Shown here: one piece after another, positions 19,819 through 31,678 of the stretch
Numbering within the stretch: position 1 is the first letter of the stretch
How the letters are laid out: the number at the start of each line of letters is the position of its first letter
The notes under the pieces: model-generated
The model's input: the letters and a program-made list of their open reading frames with translations, nothing else
Databases searched by the model: none
Told to the model about the DNA's origin: nothing
Source: Bacteriovoracia bacterium
Lineage (GTDB): Bacteria > Bdellovibrionota > UBA1018 > CAIPTA01
DNA: 64,000 nucleotides
Assembly (NCBI GenBank): GCA_050246755.1
Contig: JBFWVL010000007.1
Span: 39,155-103,154, forward strand
Direction: 5' to 3'
Program-made: the position numbers and the translations under genes

Positions 19819-20303
19819 ACACCCAGGAGCTCTTGGTGTTTGAGCTGGCCGGCGCCGAATTCGCGGTTTCCCTCTCGCTGGTGGAAGAAGTGATTCCCGC
19901 CAGCCAGATCACGCCCATTCCCAATTCTCCCAATTTTTTGCTAGGCCTCGCCGCCGTGCGCGGCCGCGCCATGGGCGTGATCGATGCCGCCAAACGATAC
20001 GGTATTGGGCCGGCCTTCAACGCCTATTTCTTGGTTTGCCAGGTACGCGGAAATTCCACGGCCGTGGCCATCGACCGTCCGGTGGTGGCCGGCGCGGTGC
20101 CCACCCGAGTTTTATCACCGGAGCAGGTGGCGGAATTGATCAAGCGTGCTCGCATCGATCAAAAATTCGTAAAGGGTGGCTACGAGCTTTTCGAAGCCGG
20201 TGCCGATGGAGCGCCCGCCACTTCCACCGGGGTGCATTTCCTCGAGGTAGACGCGGATTTATTCGTGAGCAACGAAATGGCCAGCCGTCTGGGAGAAAAT
20301 TAA
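19815..20303 (+). CDS. cheW: Chemotaxis coupling protein CheW
   Basis: LLVFEL...VEEVI...[17 protein letters not shown]. Confidence 0.9.
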   Translation: MNTQELLVFELAGAEFAVSLSLVEEVIPASQITPIPNSPNFLLGLAAVRGRAMGVIDAAKRYGIGPAFNAYFLVCQVRGNSTAVAIDRPVVAGAVPTRVLSPEQVAELIKRARIDQKFVKGGYELFEAGADGAPATSTGVHFLEVDADLFVSNEMASRLGEN

Positions 20304-22039
20304 TGAGCTCCGTGGATGATATCGAGCTGAGAAAGGCGTTTTTCGGCGAAGCCGTGGACATTCTCGATCGCCTGGATACCGATATCGCTGCACTCGACGG
20401 AAATCTTACCGACAAGAACATCATCAACGCCATTTTCCGCGGTCTCCACACCATCAAAGGAAATTCCAGCTTTTTGAATCTCGAGAAAATTACCCGCCTG
20501 GGGCACGTCGCCGAGACCGTCCTCGATAAGGTGCGTAACGGCGAAGTTTCCATTTCGCTGGAACTGGTAGAGCTGGTACGCCAGGTTTCCGCGAGTTTAC
20601 GCGTAATGATCGAGCAGCAGGATTTCAGCGCCGATACTTCCAGGCTGACCATTGCCCTCGAGGAAATTTCTTCGGGCCAGAAAGTAAAAGCGACCACCAA
20701 ACCGGTTTCCGCGGCCAGCCCGGAGAAAGCTAGCCTGGCCGCATCCGAGAAGAAGGTTCTTCTCGCCGGCGTGGTGCGCGTGGACGAGGCGAAGATCAAC
20801 CGTATCCTCGGCCTCGTGAGCGAACTGGAGCTCCTTCGTTATTCTCTTGAGCAGATGCCAGAAAAGATGGATCTCCTCGGCGCTCCCGCCGAAGACCTGC
20901 GTTTCGAGCTCGACCTTCAGCTTTCCAAACTTTCCCGCCTCACGCGTTCTCTGAGCGGGATCGTGTTCGGGGTGCGCCTTCTTCCCGTGAACCAAGTTTT
21001 CCAGCGCTTTCCCCGCGTGGTGCAAGATTTGGCCAAGAAGTTGGGAAAAGAAATCAACCTCCAGGTGGTGCGCGGCGATGCCGAGCTCGATAAAACCATC
21101 GTGGAGGCGATTGCCGATCCCATGACCCATTTGATCCGCAATTCCTGCGATCACGGGATCGAGCCTTCGGAAGAGCGCAAGAATAAAGGCAAGCGGCCCG
21201 GCGGTACGATCCGCCTAAACAGCTACGTGAAGGGCAATTTCGTGTACATTGAGATCGCCGACGACGGGCGCGGCATCGACGGGGACAAAGTTTTAAAGAA
21301 GGCCGTGGAAAAGGGAATCGTGCCCGCCGAGCGCGCCGCCTCTTTCACCGAACAGCAGAAGCTGGGTTTGATCTTCGCTCCGGGATTTTCTATGGCCGCC
21401 GCCGTTACCGATATCTCGGGTCGTGGAGTGGGCATGGACGTGGTGAAAAGTAATATCAACCGCCTCAAGGGAACGGTGATCATCGATTCCAAGGTGGGGC
21501 GCGGCACCGTGATTCAGCTGCGCTTTCCGATGAGCATGGCCGTTCTCTTCTCGCTCTTCTTTGACGTGGAACAGACCGGTTGCGCCATTCCCGTTTCCGA
21601 AATCGAGGAATCCATCAACTACCGCCCCGCCGAGCTTTTCGAGAGAATTCCGGAAGGAGAGGATCCCGCCAATTTTCACGCGCTCTATTCTTTGCGATCT
21701 TTGCTCTGGGGGCGGCCCGAAATGAGCGGCCATAAACCTGTGTATCATGTGCTTCGTTTCCGCGAGAAGAGCGGGCGGCATATGGCTTTCATCGTGGACG
21801 ACTTCTCTTCGATCGAAGAGGCCATCGTACAGTCGGTGGATTCCTATATCGCGGCGCTGCCCGGGTTACAGGGCGCGACCGTAAGAAAAGACGGTAGCGT
21901 GGCGCTAGTCTTGAATCCCCAGAGCATCATCGCCCGCGCTTTGAAGGCGCCGCCCTTCGCCTACGCGCGCATTCAAATCAAAGAAAAGTCGGATGCTTCC
22001 ACGCTTTCGGATTTCCTAGGGGTAACGGGAGCGGCTTAG
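20303..22039 (+). CDS. cheA: Chemotaxis histidine kinase CheA (apparently lacking P2)
   Basis: Hpt FRGLHTIKGNS, HLIRNSCDHGIE, DDGRGID, ISGRGVGMDVVK, CheW domain; true start is the ATG at 20303 (TAATG overlap). Confidence 0.95.
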   Translation: MSSVDDIELRKAFFGEAVDILDRLDTDIAALDGNLTDKNIINAIFRGLHTIKGNSSFLNLEKITRLGHVAETVLDKVRNGEVSISLELVELVRQVSASLRVMIEQQDFSADTSRLTIALEEISSGQKVKATTKPVSAASPEKASLAASEKKVLLAGVVRVDEAKINRILGLVSELELLRYSLEQMPEKMDLLGAPAEDLRFELDLQLSKLSRLTRSLSGIVFGVRLLPVNQVFQRFPRVVQDLAKKLGKEINLQVVRGDAELDKTIVEAIADPMTHLIRNSCDHGIEPSEERKNKGKRPGGTIRLNSYVKGNFVYIEIADDGRGIDGDKVLKKAVEKGIVPAERAASFTEQQKLGLIFAPGFSMAAAVTDISGRGVGMDVVKSNINRLKGTVIIDSKVGRGTVIQLRFPMSMAVLFSLFFDVEQTGCAIPVSEIEESINYRPAELFERIPEGEDPANFHALYSLRSLLWGRPEMSGHKPVYHVLRFREKSGRHMAFIVDDFSSIEEAIVQSVDSYIAALPGLQGATVRKDGSVALVLNPQSIIARALKAPPFAYARIQIKEKSDASTLSDFLGVTGAA

Positions 22040-22045
22040 GAATCA

Positions 22046-22186
22046 GAAAGCGGACTGGGATCGGATGCTGCAATCCGCCTTCCGAATGGAAATCAGAAGA
22101 CTGATTCAGATCCGAGACGGAATCAGGTCAGAGCCAGAGATCCGATATCTATTCCGATTACTGAAGACCGAATCCGATCCGCTTTC
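22046..22186. repeat. About 140-bp intergenic element with imperfect terminal inverted repeats and degenerate hexamer repeats
   Basis: GAAAGCGGA..GGATCGGAT versus ATCCGATCCGCTTTC; the interior is rich in ATCCGA/ATCAGA. Confidence 0.5.
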
Positions 22187-22190
22187 CGAA

Positions 22191-23228
22191 TTACTTCTCG
22201 AACTTGCTCGTGCTATGCCCCGGGAACGCCTTCGCGGTGGGGTCGATCCTTACTTTCGCGAAATTGGCGGCGATGGCGGCTTCGCCCACGCCGGTAGCGA
22301 TGAGCTTTAATTTTCCGCCGTGGGTGGCCACGTCGCCGACCGCGAAAATTCCGGGAATATTCGTTTCCATCTTATCGTTCACCTTGATGGAATTGCCCTG
22401 CATCTCGAGGCCGGATTCTTTCACGAAATCGAGCTTCGCGATGTAGCCCGCACACACGATGATATCGTCCACGATCCGCGTATGGGTTTCCTTGGTGAGA
22501 TTCTGGATCAGCGTCACGCTCAGGCGCTGGCGGCCCTGGTGTTCCACGTCGGCAATGCCCTGAAGTTCCATATGCGTCTGAACTTTGCCGTGGGAAAGAT
22601 TCTTGATGAGGTCGATGGTGGCTTCATGGGCCGAGAATTTATCCGTGCGGTGGATCATGGTCACCGAATTCGAAAGGGGCTTGCCGTGGGCGTCGGGGGC
22701 GGCGAGGGCGAGGGTCCAGTCCGCGGCGGAATCTCCGCCGCCGATCACCAGCACATCTTTGTCTTTATAATGGCTCAGCGTTTTCACTACGTAGTGAATG
22801 GATTTTCCTTCGCGTTCTTCGAGGCCGGCGAGTTCTAATTTGCGGGGCTTGAATGCGCCCATGCCGAGGGCGAGCACCACCGTTTTGGTGTGAAAGTTTT
22901 CGCCGCTCTCGCAATGCAGAACGAAGTGGCGATTGTCTTTTTCTTCGACCGTTACGATCCGGGTGATTTTCCGGCCGAAATGCACATCGGGCTTGCCGAG
23001 CTGGGCTTGTTCCCAGAGTTGGCGCACTAAGTCTTTGGCCATCACCTTCGGGAAGCCGGGCATATCGTAGATATATTTTTCGGGATAGAGCGCGTTAAGC
23101 TGGCCGCCCGCCATCTCGAGGCTATCGATGAGGTTGATCGACATTTGCCTCATACCGGCATAAAAAACGCCGAATAAGCCAACGGGCCCAGCGCCAACCA
23201 CGGTGATATCGTAGAGCTTCTTTTCCAT
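22191..23228 (-). CDS. Ferredoxin--NADP reductase (thioredoxin-reductase-like, YumC type)
   Basis: GAGPVGL, GGQL..LYPEKYIYD, GGGDSA.DW, LKLIATG.GEA, PGHS; no CxxC. Confidence 0.9.
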   Translation of the reverse strand: MEKKLYDITVVGAGPVGLFGVFYAGMRQMSINLIDSLEMAGGQLNALYPEKYIYDMPGFPKVMAKDLVRQLWEQAQLGKPDVHFGRKITRIVTVEEKDNRHFVLHCESGENFHTKTVVLALGMGAFKPRKLELAGLEEREGKSIHYVVKTLSHYKDKDVLVIGGGDSAADWTLALAAPDAHGKPLSNSVTMIHRTDKFSAHEATIDLIKNLSHGKVQTHMELQGIADVEHQGRQRLSVTLIQNLTKETHTRIVDDIIVCAGYIAKLDFVKESGLEMQGNSIKVNDKMETNIPGIFAVGDVATHGGKLKLIATGVGEAAIAANFAKVRIDPTAKAFPGHSTSKFEK

Positions 23229-23262
23229 TTTCCTCGTATAGCATTTGGGCTAGAGTTTGCCC

Positions 23263-23943
23263 ATGAAAAGCCGGATTCAACGCAAAGCGAAAAAAACTTC
23301 CACCAAAGAAAAATCAAAGAAATCCAGAGGAATCTTCCTCACTTTCGAAGGGGGAGAAGGCGTGGGCAAAACCACCCAGATCGCCAAGCTCGCGCATGCT
23401 TTTGAGGCGGCGGGGCATCGCGTGGTGGTAACGAGGGAGCCGGGGGGAACAAAGATCGCTAACCGCATTCGTTCGCTGCTGTTGGATCCCGAAATGAAGG
23501 GCCTTATTCCTCTTGCTGAACTTTTGCTCTATGAAGCTAGCCGTGCTCAACATGTGGCCGAAGTAATTAAGCCCGCGCTCGCCGCCGGAAAAGTAGTGAT
23601 CTGCGATCGCTTCGCGGACTCTTCGCTAGTATACCAAGGTGCGGCCCGTGGGGTGGCGGGGGCTTTAGTGAAGCAGCTCAACGAGGTAGCTACCGGCGGC
23701 CTCAAACCGAAGCTTACCTTTATTTTTGACCTCGATCCCCGGATCGGGCTCGCCCGCGTGGGTGCCAGAGGAATTTTAGACAGAGTGGAAAAGGAAGCCC
23801 TTTCCTTTCATAAAGCCGTGCGCCGCGGGTACTTGAACTTAGTGAAATCCGATCCGCGCCGCTGCCGGCGCATCGATGCGAGTCAGAGCCGCGATGCGAT
23901 CCACGAACAGCTGCTCGAGGAGTTAGCCGCTTGGTTGCGTTAA
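23263..23943 (+). CDS. tmk: Thymidylate kinase
   Basis: TFEGGEGVGKTTQ, TREPGGT, CDRFADSS.VYQG. Confidence 0.96.
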   Translation: MKSRIQRKAKKTSTKEKSKKSRGIFLTFEGGEGVGKTTQIAKLAHAFEAAGHRVVVTREPGGTKIANRIRSLLLDPEMKGLIPLAELLLYEASRAQHVAEVIKPALAAGKVVICDRFADSSLVYQGAARGVAGALVKQLNEVATGGLKPKLTFIFDLDPRIGLARVGARGILDRVEKEALSFHKAVRRGYLNLVKSDPRRCRRIDASQSRDAIHEQLLEELAAWLR

Positions 23944-24956
23944 GCCGAAATACCGCTATTTTGGAAGGGCTACGCCGCTCGCGTGCGGAGAACCGCTTGC
24001 ACCACGCCTATATCCTGAGCGGCCCCGAAGGCGGCGCTAAGCTCGATTGCGTGGAGAGGTTTGCTGCCGAAATTTTTGCCGAAGGCAGCGGTGGCGGATT
24101 ATTTGGCGGATCGGCGCCCGCCGGGGATCTCTCTCAAAGCTTCCGCCGGATCCAGCAGCGCAACCATCCGGACTTCACCGTGCTGCAGCCGGTGAACGAA
24201 GTCTTGGGCGTGAATGAAGTGAGAGAACTCCCGCGGCTACTTGCCTTTCCGCCCCTGGAATCCACGCAGCGAGTGGTGCTGATCGCGGGGGCCGGGTGCA
24301 TGAACAATCAGGCTGCCAACGCGCTCCTGAAAATATTGGAGGAGCCGCCGGGGCATACGATGTTTTTCCTCCTTTGCCGCGATCCGTCCGAGCTCTTGCC
24401 CACGATCATTTCGCGTTGCCAGGTACTGCGTTTCGCGCCCATGGCGGAGCCGGAGCTGATGCGGTCGATTGGGGAAAGCGCGGCCGATCCGGCGGCGCTT
24501 TCTTCGGTAGTGGCGTTTGCCGAAGGCTCGCTTGATCGGGCGAAAATTTTACTGGCCCAGGAAGATGGCCTGGAGCTCCGGCGGGCTGCCGGTGAAAACT
24601 TGCTGGCGCTTTGGGAGGCTTCACCGCGTGTTCCTTCCGCGGTAGCCCACTGGGCGGAGACCTTGCAAGACGAGGAAAGCTGCCGCGTGGCCATCGACTC
24701 TTGGACCCAGCTGCTGCGCGATCTCCTTTTCACGCTATCAGGTGCGCAGGCTAAGGATCTTTTGTTTAAGGACCTGTACCCTCGACTGCAGGCACTAGGA
24801 AAAGCCCCCAACGACAAATTGTGGGAGGAAGCGGCCTCTAAATCCTCGACGATAAACCGCTTTCGTGTGTACCGGGAGTTCAACGGGAATCTCCGGCTGG
24901 ATCTGACCTCACTTCTCGCCGACCTCCAGCTGATTTCTGTGGGGAAACGCGGCTAA
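23931..24956 (+). CDS. holB: DNA polymerase III subunit delta'
   Basis: RLHHAY, NHPDF, AANALLKILEEPP, LLPTIISRC; tmk-holB synteny. Confidence 0.93.
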   Translation: MVALSRNTAILEGLRRSRAENRLHHAYILSGPEGGAKLDCVERFAAEIFAEGSGGGLFGGSAPAGDLSQSFRRIQQRNHPDFTVLQPVNEVLGVNEVRELPRLLAFPPLESTQRVVLIAGAGCMNNQAANALLKILEEPPGHTMFFLLCRDPSELLPTIISRCQVLRFAPMAEPELMRSIGESAADPAALSSVVAFAEGSLDRAKILLAQEDGLELRRAAGENLLALWEASPRVPSAVAHWAETLQDEESCRVAIDSWTQLLRDLLFTLSGAQAKDLLFKDLYPRLQALGKAPNDKLWEEAASKSSTINRFRVYREFNGNLRLDLTSLLADLQLISVGKRG

Positions 24957-24974
24957 ACTGATTAAAATAGATCG

Positions 24975-26618
24975 ATGGCCAATTTCTCCAGGAAGGAGCA
25001 TTTAGACCGTCTGACGGAGCGCGAGTTTGATTTACTCGTGATCGGCGGCGGCATCACGGGAGCGGGCATCGCGCGCGACGCGGCGATGCGTGGGCTTAGC
25101 GTTGCCCTCGTGGAGGCCCGGGATTTTTGCTCCGGCACCAGCTCTAAGAGCTCGAAAATGCTTCATGGCGGAATCCGCTACCTCGAGCAATTTCATTTAG
25201 GATTGGTCTTCGAGGCCAGCCAGGAACGCCGCCTTCATACCGACCTGCTCGCCCCTCATCTCGCCTCCGCCGTGCCTTTTCTTATCCCCGTTTATCCCTG
25301 GAGCCCGCACGGCATGATGGCAATCTCCGCGGGCGTATTCCTCTACGACACCCTCGCGCTCTTCCGCAACCACGGCACCCGCGTGCTCGGCCGAGAAAAG
25401 GCGCTGCAGGAAGAGTCCCGCATCGAGGGCAAGGGGCTTAAGGGGGGAGTGGTCTACCACGACGTGGTGATGGACGATGCACGGATCGGCTTCGAGAACG
25501 TGCGTTCGGCGGCCCACCACGGGGCCGTGACAGTAAATTATGTTTATGTGCGTGGGTTCGAGAAGGACGGTACCGGGAAAATCCGCGGCGTGTGGGTGAA
25601 GGACGCCACCAATTCCCAGAAGCAGGATTTCCTGGTGAAGGCGAAGACTTACGTGAACGCCTCCGGCCCCTGGTGCGACTATATCCGCCGCCTCGCCAGC
25701 CCCGAGCTGAAATCTATGCTCCGCCCGACCAAGGGCACGCATATCGTGCTGCCGAATGATCGCTTAGGGAAAAAACACGCCTTCGTGCTCACCGCCAAAA
25801 CCGACGACCGCGTCTTTTTCAGTATTCCCTGGTTCGACCGTACCCTCGTGGGCACCACGGACACCGACTACGATCCCGCTACGGACGGCCCGCTCGAAGA
25901 CATTCATGCGACCCAGAACGACGTAGATTATTTAATGGAAAGCGTGAAGCGCACTTTTCCGGGATCCACCGTGGGCGAAAGCGATATCCAGTCTTCGTTC
26001 GCGGGTTTGCGTCCGCTCGTTTCCGAAGGAGACGCGAACAACCCTTCGGCCGTATCGCGCGAGCACAAAATTTGGCAGGAGCCTTCCGGGCTATTTTCGA
26101 TTGCCGGTGGAAAATACACTACCTACCGCGTGATGGCCCAGCAGATGGTGGATAGGGTAGTAAAGTTCCTCGTGCAAGAGGGCCTGGTGCCCGACATGAA
26201 CCGGCGCTGCGTAACCCATCTCGAGCCGATTGTGCTGCCTCCGACGATGACCGAGGTTAAGAGTTTTGTGCGTCTGATGGATGAATACAGCTCGGCCCTC
26301 GATCCCCAAGCCGTGCAACACCTGCAGCAGCGCTACGGCGCGCGCTGGCAGCGCGTGGCCGATTTAGCCGTGCAGAATCCGGAGTTGCGGGAACGCGTGA
26401 TCAGCAGCGAGCCGGATATTTTGGCCGAAGTGGTTTACTCTCGCGAATTCGAAATGGCCGTGAGCTTCGAGGATTTCCTGCGCCGCCGCACCATGCTCGC
26501 CCTAAAAGCTCCGCTCGCCATGCAATTTGAGCGCCTGCAAAAAGCTGCTAAATTATTTGGCGGCCCGGCGATCACGGCCGCGCAAGTAGCCCATTGGCAA
26601 GGACGTGATTTAAAATGA
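24975..26618 (+). CDS. glpD: FAD-dependent glycerol-3-phosphate dehydrogenase
   Basis: IGGGITGAGIARDAA.RGL, GTSSKSSKMLHGGIRYL, GGKYTTYR. Confidence 0.93.
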   Translation: MANFSRKEHLDRLTEREFDLLVIGGGITGAGIARDAAMRGLSVALVEARDFCSGTSSKSSKMLHGGIRYLEQFHLGLVFEASQERRLHTDLLAPHLASAVPFLIPVYPWSPHGMMAISAGVFLYDTLALFRNHGTRVLGREKALQEESRIEGKGLKGGVVYHDVVMDDARIGFENVRSAAHHGAVTVNYVYVRGFEKDGTGKIRGVWVKDATNSQKQDFLVKAKTYVNASGPWCDYIRRLASPELKSMLRPTKGTHIVLPNDRLGKKHAFVLTAKTDDRVFFSIPWFDRTLVGTTDTDYDPATDGPLEDIHATQNDVDYLMESVKRTFPGSTVGESDIQSSFAGLRPLVSEGDANNPSAVSREHKIWQEPSGLFSIAGGKYTTYRVMAQQMVDRVVKFLVQEGLVPDMNRRCVTHLEPIVLPPTMTEVKSFVRLMDEYSSALDPQAVQHLQQRYGARWQRVADLAVQNPELRERVISSEPDILAEVVYSREFEMAVSFEDFLRRRTMLALKAPLAMQFERLQKAAKLFGGPAITAAQVAHWQGRDLK

Positions 26619-26815
26619 GCGCCCAGAATTTCGAAAAAATCGCGCATGATTTACGTGGGCCGCTGGCCCGCGCAAAAACTCTTCTTAAGCTTCTGCGTGA
26701 CGCGCGCGGCGTGGAGAGTGCCCGTTATTGCGGTATGCTAGAGGAGGCGCTCAACGAGCTGGACCTTCGCCTCGTGCATTTCGTGGAAAAAGTGGACGAA
26801 ACGGGCGCCGGCTGA
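26615..26815 (+). CDS. Stand-alone HisKA (DHp)-like microprotein
   Basis: H-box IAHDLRGPL in a 66-aa two-helix ORF; ATGA overlap with glpD. Confidence 0.7.
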   Translation: MSAQNFEKIAHDLRGPLARAKTLLKLLRDARGVESARYCGMLEEALNELDLRLVHFVEKVDETGAG

Positions 26816-26900
26816 GCGCGGGAACCTCCTTTTTTTCCCCATTTTTCGCCCTGATCACCGTGTACTGGCTATTAGCGATAGCAGAGCGATGCGCTTCCGC

Positions 26901-26916
26901 TGGCATCTCCGTTGCA
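26901..26916 (+). promoter_or_regulatory. sigma54 (-24/-12) promoter
   Basis: TGGCATCTCCGTTGCA = GG-N10-GC upstream of ORF 26958. Confidence 0.8.
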
Positions 26917-26957
26917 AATAACTCGCTTCATAAACCAATTATTTTCAAGGAGAAACC

Positions 26958-27308
26958 ATGCAATTTATCAAATCTCTAATTTTAGCTGCCGTACTCATCG
27001 CTTCTACCGCTCTTCCCTCTTTCGCGAGCGAAGAATTCTCGCTTGGTGGTGATGAAGGCATGGCTGCCGCTTCAGATGCCGCCATTGCTTCCGATGATGG
27101 TTTTTCTGCCGATGCGCGCCGTGATTGCGGCCGTGACTGGCGCCGTCCTCGCCGTCCCGTAACTTGCTATGCCCGTAACATTACCGGCCGCACTTTCGCG
27201 GCTCGGGACTGGAACGCCCGCCGCGCTCAATACAATGCCGTACGCGCTTGCCGCTCGCGCAGCTTCGGCCCAATCGGCCAGTCTTGCCGCGCTGTTGGCT
27301 GCCGTTAG
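26958..27308 (+). CDS. Secreted protein with an acidic linker and an Arg/Cys-rich C-terminal domain
   Basis: RBS AAGGAG, signal peptide, 5 Cys and 17 Arg in the last ~63 aa. Confidence 0.85.
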   Translation: MQFIKSLILAAVLIASTALPSFASEEFSLGGDEGMAAASDAAIASDDGFSADARRDCGRDWRRPRRPVTCYARNITGRTFAARDWNARRAQYNAVRACRSRSFGPIGQSCRAVGCR

Positions 27309-27342
27309 TATTTAGCCATTGAGTGAGGGAAAGGTGCAGGTC

Positions 27343-29189
<1,847 letters not shown>

Positions 29190-29202
<13 letters not shown>

Positions 29203-30536
29203 AAATCCAAAAGTTCCTTTACGAAATTTTCTAGGGGATCGAGGGAAATTATTTTTTCGGTGCGCGCGTTCATGTCTTTGAGCTTAATTTCTTTTTTCTG
29301 CCATTCGTCGGCGCCGAGGGAGGCCACGAAGGGAATTTTGCGGTCGTCGGCGTATTTGAACTGGTTCTTTAGCTTTGCGGCATCGGGAAAAACATCGGCG
29401 CGGACTCCGTGCTTACGTAGCTCCCCGGCGATCTCCAGAACCGGGCCGCGTAGGGAAGCATCGAAGAGCGGGAAAAAAACCTGGGGCGCGGCCGCATTGG
29501 TTTCCGTTTTTCCCATTTCCTGGAGAAGGAGATCTAAGCGCTCGAAACCGATACTGCCGCCGAAAGCGGGCGTGTCGGGACTGCCAAAAATTTCTAGGAG
29601 CCGGTTATAGCGACCTCCGCCGCCAAGGGAGCCGGAGATTTTTTCGTGGCGTAGCTCGAAAATGGTGCCAGTATAATAATCTTGCCCGCGAATCAGCGTG
29701 GGGCTGATGGTGATTTTCGCTTCGGCGCCTAAAGTTTGGCGCAGGAGCTTTTGGATCTCTCCCAGAGATTCGTGGCTGGCGGGATCTATGGCCGCCATGA
29801 TCATTCCGTCTCCCACGAATAAAGCACTCAAAAGTGGCTCAGCCGCCGCGAGATCCACTTGGCCCGCGATCAATTCTTGGTGAAGCTGCTCGCGCACTTT
29901 GCTGGGCTCTATTTTATCGAGCTTGTCCAGAATGACGAGGCACTTACTCCAGGTGGTAGGGGGGGCGCCGATTTTTTCGCCGAGGGCCGTGAGGAAGCGG
30001 CGGTCGTTCAAGACGATCTCCACTCCCGGGATCTTTAACTCGCTGAAAACCTGGTAGATGGCGTTGATGCAGTCCACCTCGGCCCCGATTTCTTTGGCGC
30101 CAACAATGTCTACATCGCACTGGAAAAATTCGCGGTAGCGGCCCTTCTGCGGGCGGTCGGCGCGCCAGACCGGACCAATTTGAAAAACCTTAAAGGGCTT
30201 GGGTAACTGCTCGCGGAAACGCGCGCAGTATCTCGCGAGGGGAAGCGTGAGATCGAAGCGCAGGCCCATATCGGCGAATTCGTTCTTTCCTGCGTCCACC
30301 GCCCGAGACAGCTCTTCTCCGCGTTTGAGGATTTTAAAAATTAGTTTTTCGTTGTCGGTTCCCCCACCTTTGCCCTGCAGGGTATCCAGGCTCTCCAGCA
30401 TCGAGATTCCGATCGGCTGGAAACCATGAGCCATATAAGTGCGCGTGATGGCGGCGATGAGCGCGAGCCGGCCGGCCGCTTCGCCGGGCAGAAAATCGCG
30501 AAAACCTGAGGGTGGGAGTACGGGCACTTTACTCAT
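29190..30536 (-). CDS. hisS: Histidine--tRNA ligase
   Basis: GFRDFLP, LRFDLT, WRADRPQKGRYREF.QCD.D, RGQDYYTG, GGGRY. Confidence 0.97.
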
Positions 30537-30599
30537 CCCGTCTATACTACCCGGTTTCCCCGTGGAGAAAAGCGTGAAACTCCTTTAGACTCAATAGCA

Positions 30600-31337
30600 A
30601 TGGCTCGTTCACTCTCGTTCCTATTTTTGGCCTTTTTTCTGCTTGGCGGAATGCCGTTCGTCCCCACGGCGTTCGCCGGCGATGAAGACGCGAAGAAGGA
30701 AAAAGTGAAGCAGGAGCCGGTGGAGCCCGAATCCACCGAGGCGCCTTCGGAGCCGGAGGCGCCCGATCTCAGTATGGGTGAGGAACCTAGCCCGGTTTTC
30801 GAGGAAGCGAAGCCCGACGCTCCGCCTCCGCCGCGTCGTGCACGAGCCATGCGTAAACCTTGGGATGCCGATGCAAATGTGGATTACTCCGAACTTTTGG
30901 GAAGAGTGGAAGCCAGTGAAGCGGGGCGCGGAATTTTGCCTCCGGCGCTGGGTTTTCGAGGGTATTTGCCGAATATGGTGGCTCTTTCGGCGGGGGACCG
31001 TACTCCGGGCTACGGAGCGATCGTGGAGTATAGCCGTAACCGCCTAGGGTTGGGAGCCTACTACTCCTATCGTTACTTGCATGATGCTGACCTTTACGCC
31101 TTTTCCCAAAGTTTTTTTGGCGCGTACGGAACCTACCGCTGGCTGCCTTTTGCCATTTCTCCGCTTTTTCTTCTTGGTCTTGAGGTGGGAACCGGCACGT
31201 CGGAAGCTTTTGGCGGTATTGCGGGCCTGGGAATAGATGCCCGTATCTATTCCGGCTGGACGGCCTTAATCGGCTATACCTACCATAGTACGGTGCATCG
31301 AGGTTTTCTCGGGGGGGGCTTAGGGTGGTCGTTTTGA
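30600..31337 (+). CDS. Putative outer-membrane beta-barrel protein with an acidic/Pro-rich N-terminus
   Basis: Signal peptide, amphipathic strands, C-terminal GLGWSF. Confidence 0.65.
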   Translation: MARSLSFLFLAFFLLGGMPFVPTAFAGDEDAKKEKVKQEPVEPESTEAPSEPEAPDLSMGEEPSPVFEEAKPDAPPPPRRARAMRKPWDADANVDYSELLGRVEASEAGRGILPPALGFRGYLPNMVALSAGDRTPGYGAIVEYSRNRLGLGAYYSYRYLHDADLYAFSQSFFGAYGTYRWLPFAISPLFLLGLEVGTGTSEAFGGIAGLGIDARIYSGWTALIGYTYHSTVHRGFLGGGLGWSF

Positions 31338-31678
31338 AAATACCAAAGAAAATTTGGTCTTTACTGGGATTATTTTTGTTTCTAGGAACGAGCTGCACCA
31401 GCACCACGCGAATGCTGCTCACGGCCGATCTTCCCTCTACCCAAACCAACTATAAAAAAGTGCATGTTTATTTCCAGGAGCCACCTAAAAAATCCCGGCC
31501 CCTGGCTCTGATCGCGGTGGCGCGAGACGGAGAAAACGCCGCCTGGGCGGTGGAGATCCTGAAAATGGAAGCGGCCGTGATCGGCGCCGATGCGCTCTCC
31601 AATTTGGAAGTTACTTATACGACCGGATTTTTTCCTAATCTGCGCGTGCAAGGATTGGCGGTGAAGTATGTGGAATAA
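31334..31678 (+). CDS. Small lipoprotein (YbjQ-like fold suspected)
   Basis: Lipobox-like GTSC; LKMEAAVIGADAL...VQGLAVKY pattern. Confidence 0.65.
   Translation: MKIPKKIWSLLGLFLFLGTSCTSTTRMLLTADLPSTQTNYKKVHVYFQEPPKKSRPLALIAVARDGENAAWAVEILKMEAAVIGADALSNLEVTYTTGFFPNLRVQGLAVKYVE

Noticed and set aside
20036-20302. N-terminal extension of the CheA ORF
   Set aside because: It overlaps cheW in another frame; the Hpt domain starts at ATG 20303
22065-22310. 81-aa + strand ORF, or a CRISPR-like array, in the repeat spacer
   Set aside because: The ORF overlaps the FNR gene antisense; the repeats are degenerate hexamers with no repeat-spacer pattern and no cas genes are present
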